Virus record (IMG/VR): IMGVR_UViG_3300025874_000001
Coordinates: 1 to 35,863 of that record
Origin: a virus
Direction: 5' to 3' (one strand)
DNA length: 35,863 bases
In this document: one piece after another, positions 14,457 to 23,707 of the stretch
Position numbering within the stretch: position 1 is the stretch's first letter
Layout of the letters: the number at the start of each line of letters is the position of its first letter
Position numbers and translations under genes: made by a program
The notes under the pieces: model-generated
Told to the model about the DNA's origin: nothing
Database searches by the model: none
The model's input: only the letters and a program-made list of their open reading frames with translations

Positions 14457-15455
14457 ATGGCATTCTCAAATACATTTGACACTACAAACCTCGGTTCGGG
14501 TGTTTCTAATCGTGAAGACCTCACTGACGTCTTGACTATCCTTGCACCAGAAGAAACACCTATTCTTTCTTCTGCTAACAAAAAGGGCGCATCCGCAACT
14601 AAGGTTGAATGGACTGTTGACTCTCTTTCGGCTCCCAGCACCGCTGGTATCGCTGAAGGTGCTGACGTTACAGCATTCACTGATCAATTCGCTGGCCGCG
14701 CTCGCCTTGGCAATCGCGTTCAAAAGTTCCGCCGGGACTATATGGTTTCCGATCTGCAAGAAGCAGTCGATTCCGTTGGCCCAGCTAAGATTGCTCAAGC
14801 AGAAGCTAAAGCACTTCGTGAACTCAAGCGCGACATCGAAGCAAGTCTTGCTTCAGCTAACACTCAGACAACCGAAGACGGTGCTGGTGTAGTTAATCGC
14901 CTTGGTGGTCTTGGTGACTGGATTCAAAATGCTGCTGGTTCGGGTAACGTTCCTGCTCCATTCCAAACTCCAGCTGCAAGCATCGCTGACGTAACTGATG
15001 GCAATTTCGCAGAAAGCGAATTGAACTCTCTGATCTCTTCGATCTTCAAGGTTACTGGTACATCCAACAACCTTATGTTGGTTGCTGATACAGCACTCCG
15101 TCAAGACATCAGCGACTTCGCTCGCATCGGTGGCGTATCGGGTGACTCAGTTCGTGCAGTGAACTACAACGGCGAAAGCGGCACTATTAAGCTTTCCGTT
15201 GATCTGTATCAAAGCGATCACGGCATCGTATCTGTTGTCAACGCTAACCCTGACTGTATGCCAGTACAAGCCGGTACTGCTGGAATGGCTGGTTACTTGG
15301 TGAATCCTGAATACTACGGTGTTCACGAACTCATCCCTATGGGCAGCACTCGTCTTCCAAATCTTGGTGGCGGCGACCGTGGCTTCGTTGATTGCGCTTT
15401 GACCCTCGGTGTTTACCACCCTGGTGCTCACGGCAAGATTGTCAGCACAAGCTAA
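14457..15455 (+). CDS. Major capsid protein (HK97 fold, SU10/DUF5309-like)
   Basis: The N-terminus NREDLTDVLTILAPEETPILSS ... ATKVEWTVDSL ... AEGADV is typical of this capsid family as I recall it. It follows the scaffold and is itself followed by a strong terminator. Confidence 0.8.
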   Translation: MAFSNTFDTTNLGSGVSNREDLTDVLTILAPEETPILSSANKKGASATKVEWTVDSLSAPSTAGIAEGADVTAFTDQFAGRARLGNRVQKFRRDYMVSDLQEAVDSVGPAKIAQAEAKALRELKRDIEASLASANTQTTEDGAGVVNRLGGLGDWIQNAAGSGNVPAPFQTPAASIADVTDGNFAESELNSLISSIFKVTGTSNNLMLVADTALRQDISDFARIGGVSGDSVRAVNYNGESGTIKLSVDLYQSDHGIVSVVNANPDCMPVQAGTAGMAGYLVNPEYYGVHELIPMGSTRLPNLGGGDRGFVDCALTLGVYHPGAHGKIVSTS

Positions 15456-15467
15456 ATAATTCTGGTT

Positions 15468-15497
15468 GGGGGGCGAAAGCCCCCCTGCCTTTTTTTT
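15468..15497 (+). terminator. Rho-independent terminator after the capsid gene
   Basis: GGGGGGC-gaaa-GCCCCCC (15468-15485) followed by tgcc and T8 (15490-15497). Confidence 0.85.
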
Positions 15498-15806
15498 ATG
15501 GATATTATTATTCCTGATTCGAATACTTACTCCGATGAGGAGATTAATCGTGCCTTAATGCAAGAGATTCAGGGTAGCCTAGATCTGGAGAGAGCGACCG
15601 AAAAGAATCGCTATCAACAAGCAGCTAAGGAGGCACATCAATTGAAAGGAACTGTTCATCCTACATTAGGACGGCCAGTGGCTACAATTCCAGCACGCGA
15701 GTTTTTTCGACTCGTAAAGAAGTACGGTCAAGAGACTGTGCATTCTAAAGAATTTTTGCAGTACTACAATAAGAAGTTCCCAGAACTCAGCCCCAATAAA
15801 ATTTAA
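15498..15806 (+). CDS. Hypothetical virion-module protein (102 aa)
   Basis: The ATG immediately follows the terminator T-run. Confidence 0.5.
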   Translation: MDIIIPDSNTYSDEEINRALMQEIQGSLDLERATEKNRYQQAAKEAHQLKGTVHPTLGRPVATIPAREFFRLVKKYGQETVHSKEFLQYYNKKFPELSPNKI

Positions 15807-16414
15807 TGCAGACAAAAACCTACAGCGATTTATATAATTTAGTGCAAGCACTTTCGGGTGTAGGTAGTTTCACCGCAGAGGAGAAGCTTAATATTTTACA
15901 GTTCGTCAATCGGCGAGCATTTGAAGCATATCGGACTAGCTCAAGTTGGCCTCGTTACGCAGTAATCGGAGAGGAGCGCACCCTTGGTACAAACGGACTT
16001 GTACCTTATGTTCAAGCTGGACTAGATAATATTTCTGATTTTCAGCGTATTTACCGTAGTCAACCATTCCTTCGTAACTCTGCATTGGAGTACGAGTTCT
16101 ACGTTGATTCAAACGGAGCGCACGTAATTAATATAGTTACAAATGATTCGACTTCTGTATTTGTAAACTACCAGAAAGAACTCCCTACGTTTAGTGAGGA
16201 ATCCACAAATATTCCTTATGAGTTCTTCTTCTACCTAGCGCACTCAGTGTATGCTGACTTCCTACGAATGGATGGCCAGACTGACAAGGCTATCACTGAA
16301 GAACAAGTTGCCGGGACTTACCTAGCACTTGAGCTGGAGAAGATCGACCTACGTTCTAACAACAACACAATTAACAAGAAATTTTCAACTTACGTAAATC
16401 GTCAAGCACGATAA
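15806..16414 (+). CDS. Tail tubular protein A / adaptor (T7 gp11-like)
   Basis: 202 aa, against 196 aa for T7 gp11. The N-terminal DLYNLVQALSGVGSFTAEEKLNILQFVNRRAFEAYRTSSSW parallels T7 gp11 ELSAVNDILASIGEPP...ARRILNKINRQIQSRGW. Confidence 0.45.
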   Translation: MQTKTYSDLYNLVQALSGVGSFTAEEKLNILQFVNRRAFEAYRTSSSWPRYAVIGEERTLGTNGLVPYVQAGLDNISDFQRIYRSQPFLRNSALEYEFYVDSNGAHVINIVTNDSTSVFVNYQKELPTFSEESTNIPYEFFFYLAHSVYADFLRMDGQTDKAITEEQVAGTYLALELEKIDLRSNNNTINKKFSTYVNRQAR

Positions 16415-16438
16415 CAACCCCTGTGATATAATAAAATT

Positions 16439-16696
16439 ATGGCTAACTCAAAAAACAACGCACTAGAATTTTCGTCGGCTGGATCGGAGATCCTTGAAGC
16501 TGCGGATGCAGTAACCGGTAAACGCTATGGAGCGTTGCAAATCTTAAATGACACTGTGTTCAGTGCTTTGACTGCATCCAGCATTGACGGTACAGCTAAG
16601 CTAGTTGGACCAACTTTTGCTGCTGGAACAATCCTTTATGGAGCATTCAGCGAAGTAACAGTAACTTCTGGTCTCGTAGCAGCGCACAAGTACTAG
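16439..16696 (+). CDS. Hypothetical protein (85 aa)
   Basis: Clean ATG with an AU-rich leader. Confidence 0.5.
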   Translation: MANSKNNALEFSSAGSEILEAADAVTGKRYGALQILNDTVFSALTASSIDGTAKLVGPTFAAGTILYGAFSEVTVTSGLVAAHKY

Positions 16697-16697
16697 T

Positions 16698-16853
16698 ATG
16701 AACCTTAACCTTAGTAGCCGCTTGGGTCGAGGCAGGTTAGTTGCGTCAGCTCCACCTACACCTCCAACAGAATCGTCCTTATATTTAAGACCTGGCGGTA
16801 CTTTTTTATATTTACGACCTAACTCAACATTTAAATACCTTAGACCAGAATAA
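16698..16853 (+). CDS. Micro-ORF (51 aa) with a triple YLRP repeat
   Basis: Hand-translated as MNLNLSSRLGRGRLVASAPPTPPTESSLYLRPGGTFLYLRPNSTFKYLRPE. It exactly fills the gap between two genes. It is encoded by about 2.7 copies of a 27-bp tandem repeat (16777-16853). Confidence 0.4.
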   Translation: MNLNLSSRLGRGRLVASAPPTPPTESSLYLRPGGTFLYLRPNSTFKYLRPE

Positions 16854-16855
16854 TT

Positions 16856-18016
16856 ATGGCAGACGTTACAGTTAACACAGACATAGACACTTTCCTACAG
16901 AGTGCAGATAAAGCAGCAGCTAGGACTAGCTTAGAGCTTGGTGCTACTGACACCGTAGAATTTGGGGGCTTTGTGCCGCCGACAGGAACAACTGCCGAGA
17001 TTGATGCTTTGTTCTCTAGTTCGCTTGCGACTCCAGATGCTATTTACTTTGACCGTGATAAAAAAATACAGTGGCAAGCGTTGACCAGTTCGACCCGACA
17101 AGAAGTATCTGGAAGGACGGTAAGCGATGGGTATAGTGTTTATGTTGATAGTGAAAATGGTGACGACGCTATTGGCGCAATAAACGACCAACGCTACCCT
17201 TTCTTGACGATAAAATCAGCCCTAAACGCTTTGGATTCTGAAAACTTCGGCAACCAGTGGACGGTCTATATCGGTCCAGGGTTGTATGACGAAATTGACG
17301 TTTTTGGTGATTTTGTAAATTCAGCAAACAGGAAGATTACAATTGTATGCGCTCCATCTGTCTTTTTTGCATCATCTCTGGCTGGCACTGTCTTTGAAAA
17401 TGGTAGTGGATATTGCAAATTCGGTGGAATACTTGGATACCCCGAAATTTTAGGAACAAACAAAGCACAGCTATATTTAGGCGACGGGTTATCTGACATT
17501 GATGGTGGAATCGCTAGATTTGAAATTGGAAGAATTACAGTTTCCGATGCCTCTTACGTATCCCTCATTAAGATCACGGACGATAGGGCTAAAATTGTCA
17601 CTTTGACGGTTACGCTTACTGCTGGATCGGTCGCCTCAAACTTTGCTTTGATTGAAGCGGCGGGAGGATCACGTGTATTAGTGAAAGTTCCCTATATGTT
17701 GGCGCAAGGCGACGGAACGTGCATATTGAAGTTAGAGGGTTCGTCGCACGGGACTTTACAGGATTCGACTTGCCAAAAAACATCGCTGGCAAGGCTGGTC
17801 GATGCTAATTCTATATTAGTTCTAAAGTCGTGCGTTCAAAATGTTCCTGCATTTCCACCAGTAACCGCTCCCTCAGTTCTTGCTGACGTGGCAACTTCAA
17901 ATGTATTCGCTTGGGGTGTTAGTGTGGCAAGCAAGGTGGTTGATGCTGACATCACACTAGACACGACCTTTGGGTCACTTGTGATTGACGCAGATTCCAT
18001 AAAGGTTCTACGATAA
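16856..18016 (+). CDS. Tail spike/fibre with a right-handed beta-helix (pectin-lyase-fold-like) domain
   Basis: The N-terminal AARTSLELGATD motif is common in fibre proteins. VYVDSENGDDAIGAINDQRYPFLTIKSALNAL ... IGPGLYDE matches the canonical N-terminal cap of beta-helix enzymes. Confidence 0.5.
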   Translation: MADVTVNTDIDTFLQSADKAAARTSLELGATDTVEFGGFVPPTGTTAEIDALFSSSLATPDAIYFDRDKKIQWQALTSSTRQEVSGRTVSDGYSVYVDSENGDDAIGAINDQRYPFLTIKSALNALDSENFGNQWTVYIGPGLYDEIDVFGDFVNSANRKITIVCAPSVFFASSLAGTVFENGSGYCKFGGILGYPEILGTNKAQLYLGDGLSDIDGGIARFEIGRITVSDASYVSLIKITDDRAKIVTLTVTLTAGSVASNFALIEAAGGSRVLVKVPYMLAQGDGTCILKLEGSSHGTLQDSTCQKTSLARLVDANSILVLKSCVQNVPAFPPVTAPSVLADVATSNVFAWGVSVASKVVDADITLDTTFGSLVIDADSIKVLR

Positions 18017-18018
18017 AT

Positions 18019-19254
18019 ATGTCAACACTCGGGACAACGTCCATTAACGAGGGCAAAATCCTCCGCTTCTGGTTTGAAATAGACCAGTTTCGTGAGCCTA
18101 CGCAAATCACTCCAGATACAAACGCACCATACACGGAGGACGACAAGGAGGGAACACGGTACACCACGGCTTCCACTGGCGAGCAAGTCACGCTAATCCC
18201 AAGTGTCACATACTCACTTAACGACGGCCCAATCTCATTTGCCTACTCATCGGACAACCCAACCGAAATCGACGTAGCGCCCGATGGTCAGGTAGCGTTT
18301 ATGGTAGCACCTGAGGCTACTGCCAGTGCAATAATTACCATCGTTGGAGCAAACGGCACTGCAACAATCACACGAAACGTCAGCGTGACACTCACACTTT
18401 CGGGTGCATCGATTGTTGAGGTCATCGAAGGTGGGGTAGCTGGTAGCGCACGTAAGGCACTGTCCGACCCAATGGACACAGCACTAAGTGGCGCTAATCC
18501 AGCGACACAGCAGAAAGTTTACACGTCACAGGATCACGTCACTCCAGCATACGTCCGCAACACGAGCTTCTTCCTGCAAGGGACACACGCAGAGGCACTC
18601 ACCTGCGCTTCGCCTTGGAACTCTACTGGAGGCACTCAACGTGCTGGGACAGCAATTACACCAAGACACGCAGTCTGTGCAAACCACTATCCCGTCCCAG
18701 TTGGGGCAACAATTCGATTCATTGCATCTGACAACACGGTAATAACCAGAACGGTTGTTCAAGCTGGTATCGTTACCACTAGCGCCCTAGATGCTTGGAT
18801 GGTTCTACTGGACTCAGACCTTCCAGCCTCAATCACACCCTGCAAGCTATTCCCAGACGGCTACGAGACATATTTACCTGCTGGTGCAACAACTGCCGCA
18901 GCCGCAGCACTTCCACTGCTTGCAATGGACTTCAGCGAGAATGGCATCGCCCTTGACCTTATTACTGAGGTAAATGAGGTTGGGCCGAAAATGAATTATG
19001 GCGCTCCGACAATACCGCACCGCCTAGCATTCTACGACCCGATCATAATCGGGGACTCTGGCAACCCAATCTTTGGGGTCATCGGCTCTGAGCTGTGGTT
19101 ACTGTCTACGTTCCACGGACCTGGCGGTGGCCCGTTCTACGGCGGTCTAGTCACAGAGCTTAACGCAATGATCACAACTCTCGACACACTTCAGGGCGAC
19201 ATTACTGGACACACAGTTACAGTTGGCGATCTATCATCTTATACCGCCTATTAA
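18019..19254 (+). CDS. Tail-associated protein with a C-terminal chymotrypsin-like serine peptidase domain
   Basis: Candidate triad in the correct order and spacing: ITPRHAVCANH (His), about 41 aa, then LDAWMVLLD (Asp), about 85 aa, then IIIGDSGNPIF (Ser, GDSGxP). An Ig-like segment lies in the N-terminal half. Confidence 0.45.
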   Translation: MSTLGTTSINEGKILRFWFEIDQFREPTQITPDTNAPYTEDDKEGTRYTTASTGEQVTLIPSVTYSLNDGPISFAYSSDNPTEIDVAPDGQVAFMVAPEATASAIITIVGANGTATITRNVSVTLTLSGASIVEVIEGGVAGSARKALSDPMDTALSGANPATQQKVYTSQDHVTPAYVRNTSFFLQGTHAEALTCASPWNSTGGTQRAGTAITPRHAVCANHYPVPVGATIRFIASDNTVITRTVVQAGIVTTSALDAWMVLLDSDLPASITPCKLFPDGYETYLPAGATTAAAAALPLLAMDFSENGIALDLITEVNEVGPKMNYGAPTIPHRLAFYDPIIIGDSGNPIFGVIGSELWLLSTFHGPGGGPFYGGLVTELNAMITTLDTLQGDITGHTVTVGDLSSYTAY

Positions 19255-19256
19255 AA

Positions 19257-19424
19257 ATGCACGATATTCTTTACAAATCAACCATAGGAACAGGGGGCTT
19301 TATCGCTACTATCGAACTGGGGCATATTAACGAACTTCTAGGACTAGTTGTGGGTCTTGCTACTCTAGTCTATATGACTGCATCCGCAGTCAAGGTAATC
19401 AAGGAACTCATAGATAAGGATTAA
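19257..19424 (+). CDS. Small single-pass membrane protein (55 aa), holin/spanin-like
   Basis: Hand-translated as MHDILYKSTIGTGGFIATIELGHINELLGLVVGLATLVYMTASAVKVIKELIDKD. It has a hydrophobic helix and a charged C-terminus. Confidence 0.4.
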   Translation: MHDILYKSTIGTGGFIATIELGHINELLGLVVGLATLVYMTASAVKVIKELIDKD

Positions 19425-19425
19425 T

Positions 19426-19821
19426 ATGACACCAGAACTGATAGCAATGCTAGGCGGGGGCGTAAGCGGCTTCGTAATGAAGATGATTGCGGCACAGGCC
19501 GACAACCAGGCTCGTCTCTTTGAGCGTATGATTGCTCGTCAGACTGTAGCGGATGACTCAGCAGATAAGGCAGCAGCCCGTGGTGGTGTCTATATGCGGC
19601 GTGCAATTACGGCGGCAGTTATCTTTGCCATTGTAATAGCCCCATTTGTCTTTGCATTTACGGACATAGGTGTTAGTATACAATCAGAATCCAAAGGCTT
19701 TCTAGGGCTATTCAAGCGTCTAGAATGGTCCACTGTACAGGGTTTTGTTATACTACCAGAGATCCGCCAAACAGCTTTAGCCATCGTAGGGTTCTACTTT
19801 GGTTCCTCACAAGTCAAATAA
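19426..19821 (+). CDS. Three-TM membrane protein (131 aa), holin candidate
   Basis: Hydrophobic segments LIAMLGGGVSGFVMKMIAA, AITAAVIFAIVIAPFVFAF and GFVILPEIRQTALAIVGFYFG. Confidence 0.45.
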   Translation: MTPELIAMLGGGVSGFVMKMIAAQADNQARLFERMIARQTVADDSADKAAARGGVYMRRAITAAVIFAIVIAPFVFAFTDIGVSIQSESKGFLGLFKRLEWSTVQGFVILPEIRQTALAIVGFYFGSSQVK

Positions 19822-19832
19822 CAAATAATATT

Positions 19833-19916
19833 ATGTACGGACGACAAACAAAAAGTGCTGGTAAGGGTTCCTGCGGTGAGAACAAGAGCTGCGGTTGTGG
19901 AAAGAAAGGCAAGTAG
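19833..19916 (+). CDS. Possible 27-aa Cys/Gly/Lys-rich peptide
   Basis: MYGRQTKSAGKGSCGENKSCGCGKKGK. It has the AATAATATTATG context shared with other late genes. Its stop overlaps a GTG of the next ORF (TAGTG). Confidence 0.25.
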   Translation: MYGRQTKSAGKGSCGENKSCGCGKKGK

Positions 19917-20161
19917 TGCCTGACAAATCCAAAATGAAGTGCAACGTACCCCGCCGTGAAGTTCAAGGTGGGAAGAAGTTCGTCGTGAAAGCCTGCCAAG
20001 GTGGGACAGAAAAAATCGTACGATTCGGCGATGCTAATATGAGCATCAAGAAAGATCAGCCAAAACGGAAGAAAAGCTACTGCGCTCGCAGCGGTGGCAT
20101 CAAAGGGAAGACAAATAAACTATCTGCTAACTACTGGAGCCGCAAGGCTTGGGACTGCTAA
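19895..20161 (+). CDS. Small basic conserved phage protein (about 75-88 aa)
   Basis: KCNVPRRE ... KKFVVKACQGGTEKIVRFGD ... PKRKKSYCARSGG ... YWSRKAWDC resembles a small basic protein family seen in marine podoviruses and giant viruses as I recall it. The true start may be GTG 19916 or ATG 19934. Confidence 0.45.
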   Translation: MWKERQVVPDKSKMKCNVPRREVQGGKKFVVKACQGGTEKIVRFGDANMSIKKDQPKRKKSYCARSGGIKGKTNKLSANYWSRKAWDC

Positions 20162-20167
20162 AACATA

Positions 20168-22945
20168 ATGCCTGAATACCGCACATACGGAGCAAAAGAC
20201 GATAAAATCCTAGAGGACCTCGATATGGGGTACACTGGGTTTAATGACTACCTACGTCCCGATCAATTGCAACGTGGTATATTAGCAACCAGCAACAATG
20301 GTCGGCTTGGGCGTAACGGTGAATGGCAGGTTAGACCAGGGATTGATTTGGTCAAGGCTCCCTTTGCTAGTGGTGACGATGTTCTTAGACTTCCAACTAC
20401 TTCCGAATTGGAAACAGTTCCTCCAGTTGTTGGCTTACTGCCAACTACAATTAGGTCCGCTTCTTTAACTAGTGACGTAGTTACTATTGTTATCGATGAC
20501 CCAGCCGTTGAGCCAGGTCACGTGTTTATTACAGGGGACGAAATTACAGTCAGCGGTATTCCGTTTGGGGTAGATACAGATCCCAATGGGACTTTTGAAC
20601 TTACTTCTGTAACAGATAACGGCAGCACAAAATCTCTTACGTATGCTTTAGTCGGGGCAGATGCAACATACGCTTTGCCAGTTGCTTTGCCTCAAGTTCT
20701 TCCATTTGCACTAAATGATGTCCAAGGTTCTGCAGTCATTGGTTACAATATGCTACTGGATCAAGGTGGCATTTCAGCAGTTTATGCTAGTACTCCTTAT
20801 AGCAATCCAAATGATTCCGCAAGTCAGTGGGTGCTACTAGGGTCAAACGTAAGCGCACTGGCCATTAACCTAGCGGACCCAACAGTTACATATGACCTCC
20901 CGTACAAGCGTGGAGAGACAGCACCTGTGCTTTCGGATATGATTCAAGCCTTCAACAAGGTGTTCTTGTTTCGTGATGGTCAGACTGCGCTAGAATGGGA
21001 CGGAAGCTTTGATAATGTTAATTTAACAGACCTTAATTTAGATAATACATATCTGATTACTGACTTAGGTGACACGACTCAATCGCAGTGGAACACAATT
21101 GCTGGAACTACGGCAGTAACCTATGAAGTTAATGATATTATTACAATTGATGCCATAGGCACAGGAACTGGTACAGTTCGCTCTGGATTTAGTTTAGTAA
21201 AAAGCGGAGTATACACGCAGCCAGTTCAGATTGATTGCCTACCTGGAGAATTTGCAATTACAAATAGTATAGCAACAGTTTTTGGATCTCACGATGTAAA
21301 GGTTGGGGATGATATTACTGTAATGTCAGCAAGTATCAGCGGAGCCGCTGGCGCAGACTCTGGACTTACCATTGGTCAGGACTACGTTGTAAATAAAATT
21401 TACGAATTTGGTGAATCCCTTACTGATATTACTCTTGCTGTAAATGATGGGTTACAAGGACCTGGGGATTATGAGGGTCTTTATAAATATACTATCACTA
21501 CAGATGTAGCGCATAATCTAGTGAGTGGTGAACCGATCATTATGGATCAATGGGTTCCAAATGGCGTTGCCTTTAATGGATCATTTTTTGTCCAAGGATT
21601 ACCAAGTTTAAATACCTTTGTTATCTATACTGACTTTAATGTCAATCCAACTGAATCGTCATATGCAGATGCTCGTGCAGGAATTAATGCAGGGTTCCAG
21701 TTTGTACTTGATTCACGAACAGTTACTACGCACGTAAATGACGGTGCATCTTTATTGACTGATCCTATCTTCACCAAGAGAGTTTCAGCTGGACTGGGCT
21801 TCACCCATATGCCAGCACCTCCATATGCTACATATCACCAGCGTAGATTGGTTATGCCGTATCGCTATGCGGTTAATGATGCAGAAGGCCAATATACAGC
21901 TCGTGATAACCTGGATGAGATTATTGTGTCGGACATCTTGGACGCAGATACCTATGACCAGATATATGGTCAGTACAGGTTCAATGCTGGAACGGCTGAC
22001 TTTAATGTTGGACTACTGTCCTTTGCGGATGACAAGCTAGTAGTATTTAACCGTAACTCAATTCACTTAGTGATAGGCAGCAGCCCTGATTCCTCTTCGG
22101 TTCAATTAATCACAAATGAGGTAGGTTGTTTAGCCCGTAAGACGATTGTTCAAATTGGTAACAACATAATGTTCCTTTCTGACAATGGTGTATACGGAGC
22201 AAACTTCCAGGATCTATACAACCTTCGTGGTAGCGAACTACCACTGAGTAGCAGCATCCAGACTACCATTGATAAGATTAACCGTCAGTACTGGGATCAG
22301 TCCGTAGCTGTTTACTTTAACAACCGCTATTACATTGCTGTTCCGACTGGATCAAGCACCGTCAATAATACTATCCTTGTGTTTAACTTTATCAACAAGC
22401 AGTGGGAGTCCGTGGATAGCACCTCTGACGTGGACTGGGACATCGAGAACCTGATCGTAGCTGGTAAGAAAGGTGACCGTGCAGTATACGCAGTGAATGC
22501 CCTTGGAGGGCTTCACAGGGTTGACGCTCGACCTGATGGCGTTGATCGACTGGCTACTACTATTCCAGTTGAAGGAGGACAGGAGGGCGTTATCTACAGC
22601 ATTCCTGCTGAAGTAACTACCCGTCAGTTTACCTTTAATGACTTCGGTCGTAAGCGTTGGAGTGAATTTGAGATGCACGTGCAGTCCAGTGCCTCAGAGC
22701 AGTCCGACTTTGATCTTTCAGCGGAAGTAGAAAACATTGACGCAGAGGTAAATCTTAATACATTGAGTTCATACATTGGTGGAAGTCTTGACATTGACGA
22801 AGATGTTTCCGTCCGTGGTAGAATAGGTAACCGCCGAGGATACGGCATTCAATTTACAATTAATAATACACAGGGTCGCCCAAGAGTCCGAGGAATCAAA
22901 GTCTCAGGAGCACCTGCATCAAGATCAACAACTAGCGTACAATAA
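20168..22945 (+). CDS. Tail tubular protein B / nozzle (T7 gp12-like)
   Basis: 925 aa. The N-terminal GFNDYLRPDQLQRGILATSNNGRL...WQVRPG parallels T7 gp12 GISQQPDILRYPDQGSRQVNGW...LQKRPP. The C-terminal end has the gp12-like pattern GIQFTINNTQGRPRVRGIKVSG. Confidence 0.55.
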   Translation: MPEYRTYGAKDDKILEDLDMGYTGFNDYLRPDQLQRGILATSNNGRLGRNGEWQVRPGIDLVKAPFASGDDVLRLPTTSELETVPPVVGLLPTTIRSASLTSDVVTIVIDDPAVEPGHVFITGDEITVSGIPFGVDTDPNGTFELTSVTDNGSTKSLTYALVGADATYALPVALPQVLPFALNDVQGSAVIGYNMLLDQGGISAVYASTPYSNPNDSASQWVLLGSNVSALAINLADPTVTYDLPYKRGETAPVLSDMIQAFNKVFLFRDGQTALEWDGSFDNVNLTDLNLDNTYLITDLGDTTQSQWNTIAGTTAVTYEVNDIITIDAIGTGTGTVRSGFSLVKSGVYTQPVQIDCLPGEFAITNSIATVFGSHDVKVGDDITVMSASISGAAGADSGLTIGQDYVVNKIYEFGESLTDITLAVNDGLQGPGDYEGLYKYTITTDVAHNLVSGEPIIMDQWVPNGVAFNGSFFVQGLPSLNTFVIYTDFNVNPTESSYADARAGINAGFQFVLDSRTVTTHVNDGASLLTDPIFTKRVSAGLGFTHMPAPPYATYHQRRLVMPYRYAVNDAEGQYTARDNLDEIIVSDILDADTYDQIYGQYRFNAGTADFNVGLLSFADDKLVVFNRNSIHLVIGSSPDSSSVQLITNEVGCLARKTIVQIGNNIMFLSDNGVYGANFQDLYNLRGSELPLSSSIQTTIDKINRQYWDQSVAVYFNNRYYIAVPTGSSTVNNTILVFNFINKQWESVDSTSDVDWDIENLIVAGKKGDRAVYAVNALGGLHRVDARPDGVDRLATTIPVEGGQEGVIYSIPAEVTTRQFTFNDFGRKRWSEFEMHVQSSASEQSDFDLSAEVENIDAEVNLNTLSSYIGGSLDIDEDVSVRGRIGNRRGYGIQFTINNTQGRPRVRGIKVSGAPASRSTTSVQ

Positions 22946-22947
22946 TT

Positions 22948-23670
22948 ATGGCGGATATTACAATTACTCCAACGGGTGCAGCATTTGACCCAACAGATAC
23001 CGTAACTTCAACTCGGCTCAATGAAGCCCGTAACCCTACGGCTGCCTTGACTACTGGTTCTATTGTACCAACTGATTTGAGCACTGGTGCTCCAAGTTGG
23101 GACGGTAGTGGAACTCTCAACGTTATTGGAAGTCTAGCTTCTGGCTCTATTTTTACAAGTAACGAAGCGATAGAAATTAATCAAAGTGGTACTGGCGACC
23201 GCAATGCATATGTAGATTTTCATACTGCTGACCCTAGCGGTACTGATTTCAATGCTAGAATTTATCGTGCTGGTGGTTTAGATAGCGACTTGGAAATATT
23301 AAACTCTGGAACAGGAAGCATTGTTGTTAATTCTACAGTTGCCCAAGTTAGTAACAATGCTCAATCCGTTGCTACTAAGGCTTATGTTGATAGTGTGGTT
23401 GCTCCAAGCACTTATACAGGAGGAGAAAGTGTAACGTTTCCTAATGGTTTGATTATGAAGATGGGATCTACTAGTAGTAAGACACTTGATTTCGGTACTC
23501 CTTTTCCAGGGGGTGTCGTAAGTGTCACTATCTCCAATCAAAGTAGTTACGGCGATACTTACGGAAATGCATCATTTGTGACCAGCTCTAGTCCTAGTCA
23601 ATTTACAATTAGCTCGGGAGTAAGTGTGAGCGGCAATGGACCTTGGTTCTGGCAAGCAATCGGATACTAA
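22948..23670 (+). CDS. Tail fibre protein 1 (240 aa)
   Basis: A KAYVD collar motif is followed by FPNGLIMKMGS and a C-terminal WFWQAIGY. The C-terminal domain is paralogous to that of the next gene. Confidence 0.65.
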   Translation: MADITITPTGAAFDPTDTVTSTRLNEARNPTAALTTGSIVPTDLSTGAPSWDGSGTLNVIGSLASGSIFTSNEAIEINQSGTGDRNAYVDFHTADPSGTDFNARIYRAGGLDSDLEILNSGTGSIVVNSTVAQVSNNAQSVATKAYVDSVVAPSTYTGGESVTFPNGLIMKMGSTSSKTLDFGTPFPGGVVSVTISNQSSYGDTYGNASFVTSSSPSQFTISSGVSVSGNGPWFWQAIGY

Positions 23671-23707
23671 TGAACCCCATCCTCCAATCAGTACAACAAT
23701 TTAAATT

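Noticed and set aside
14393-15431. Several antisense or off-frame ORFs over the capsid gene (14393-14680, 14466-14798, 14542-14892, 14853-15104, 15147-15431)
   Set aside because: All lie within the confidently identified major capsid CDS.
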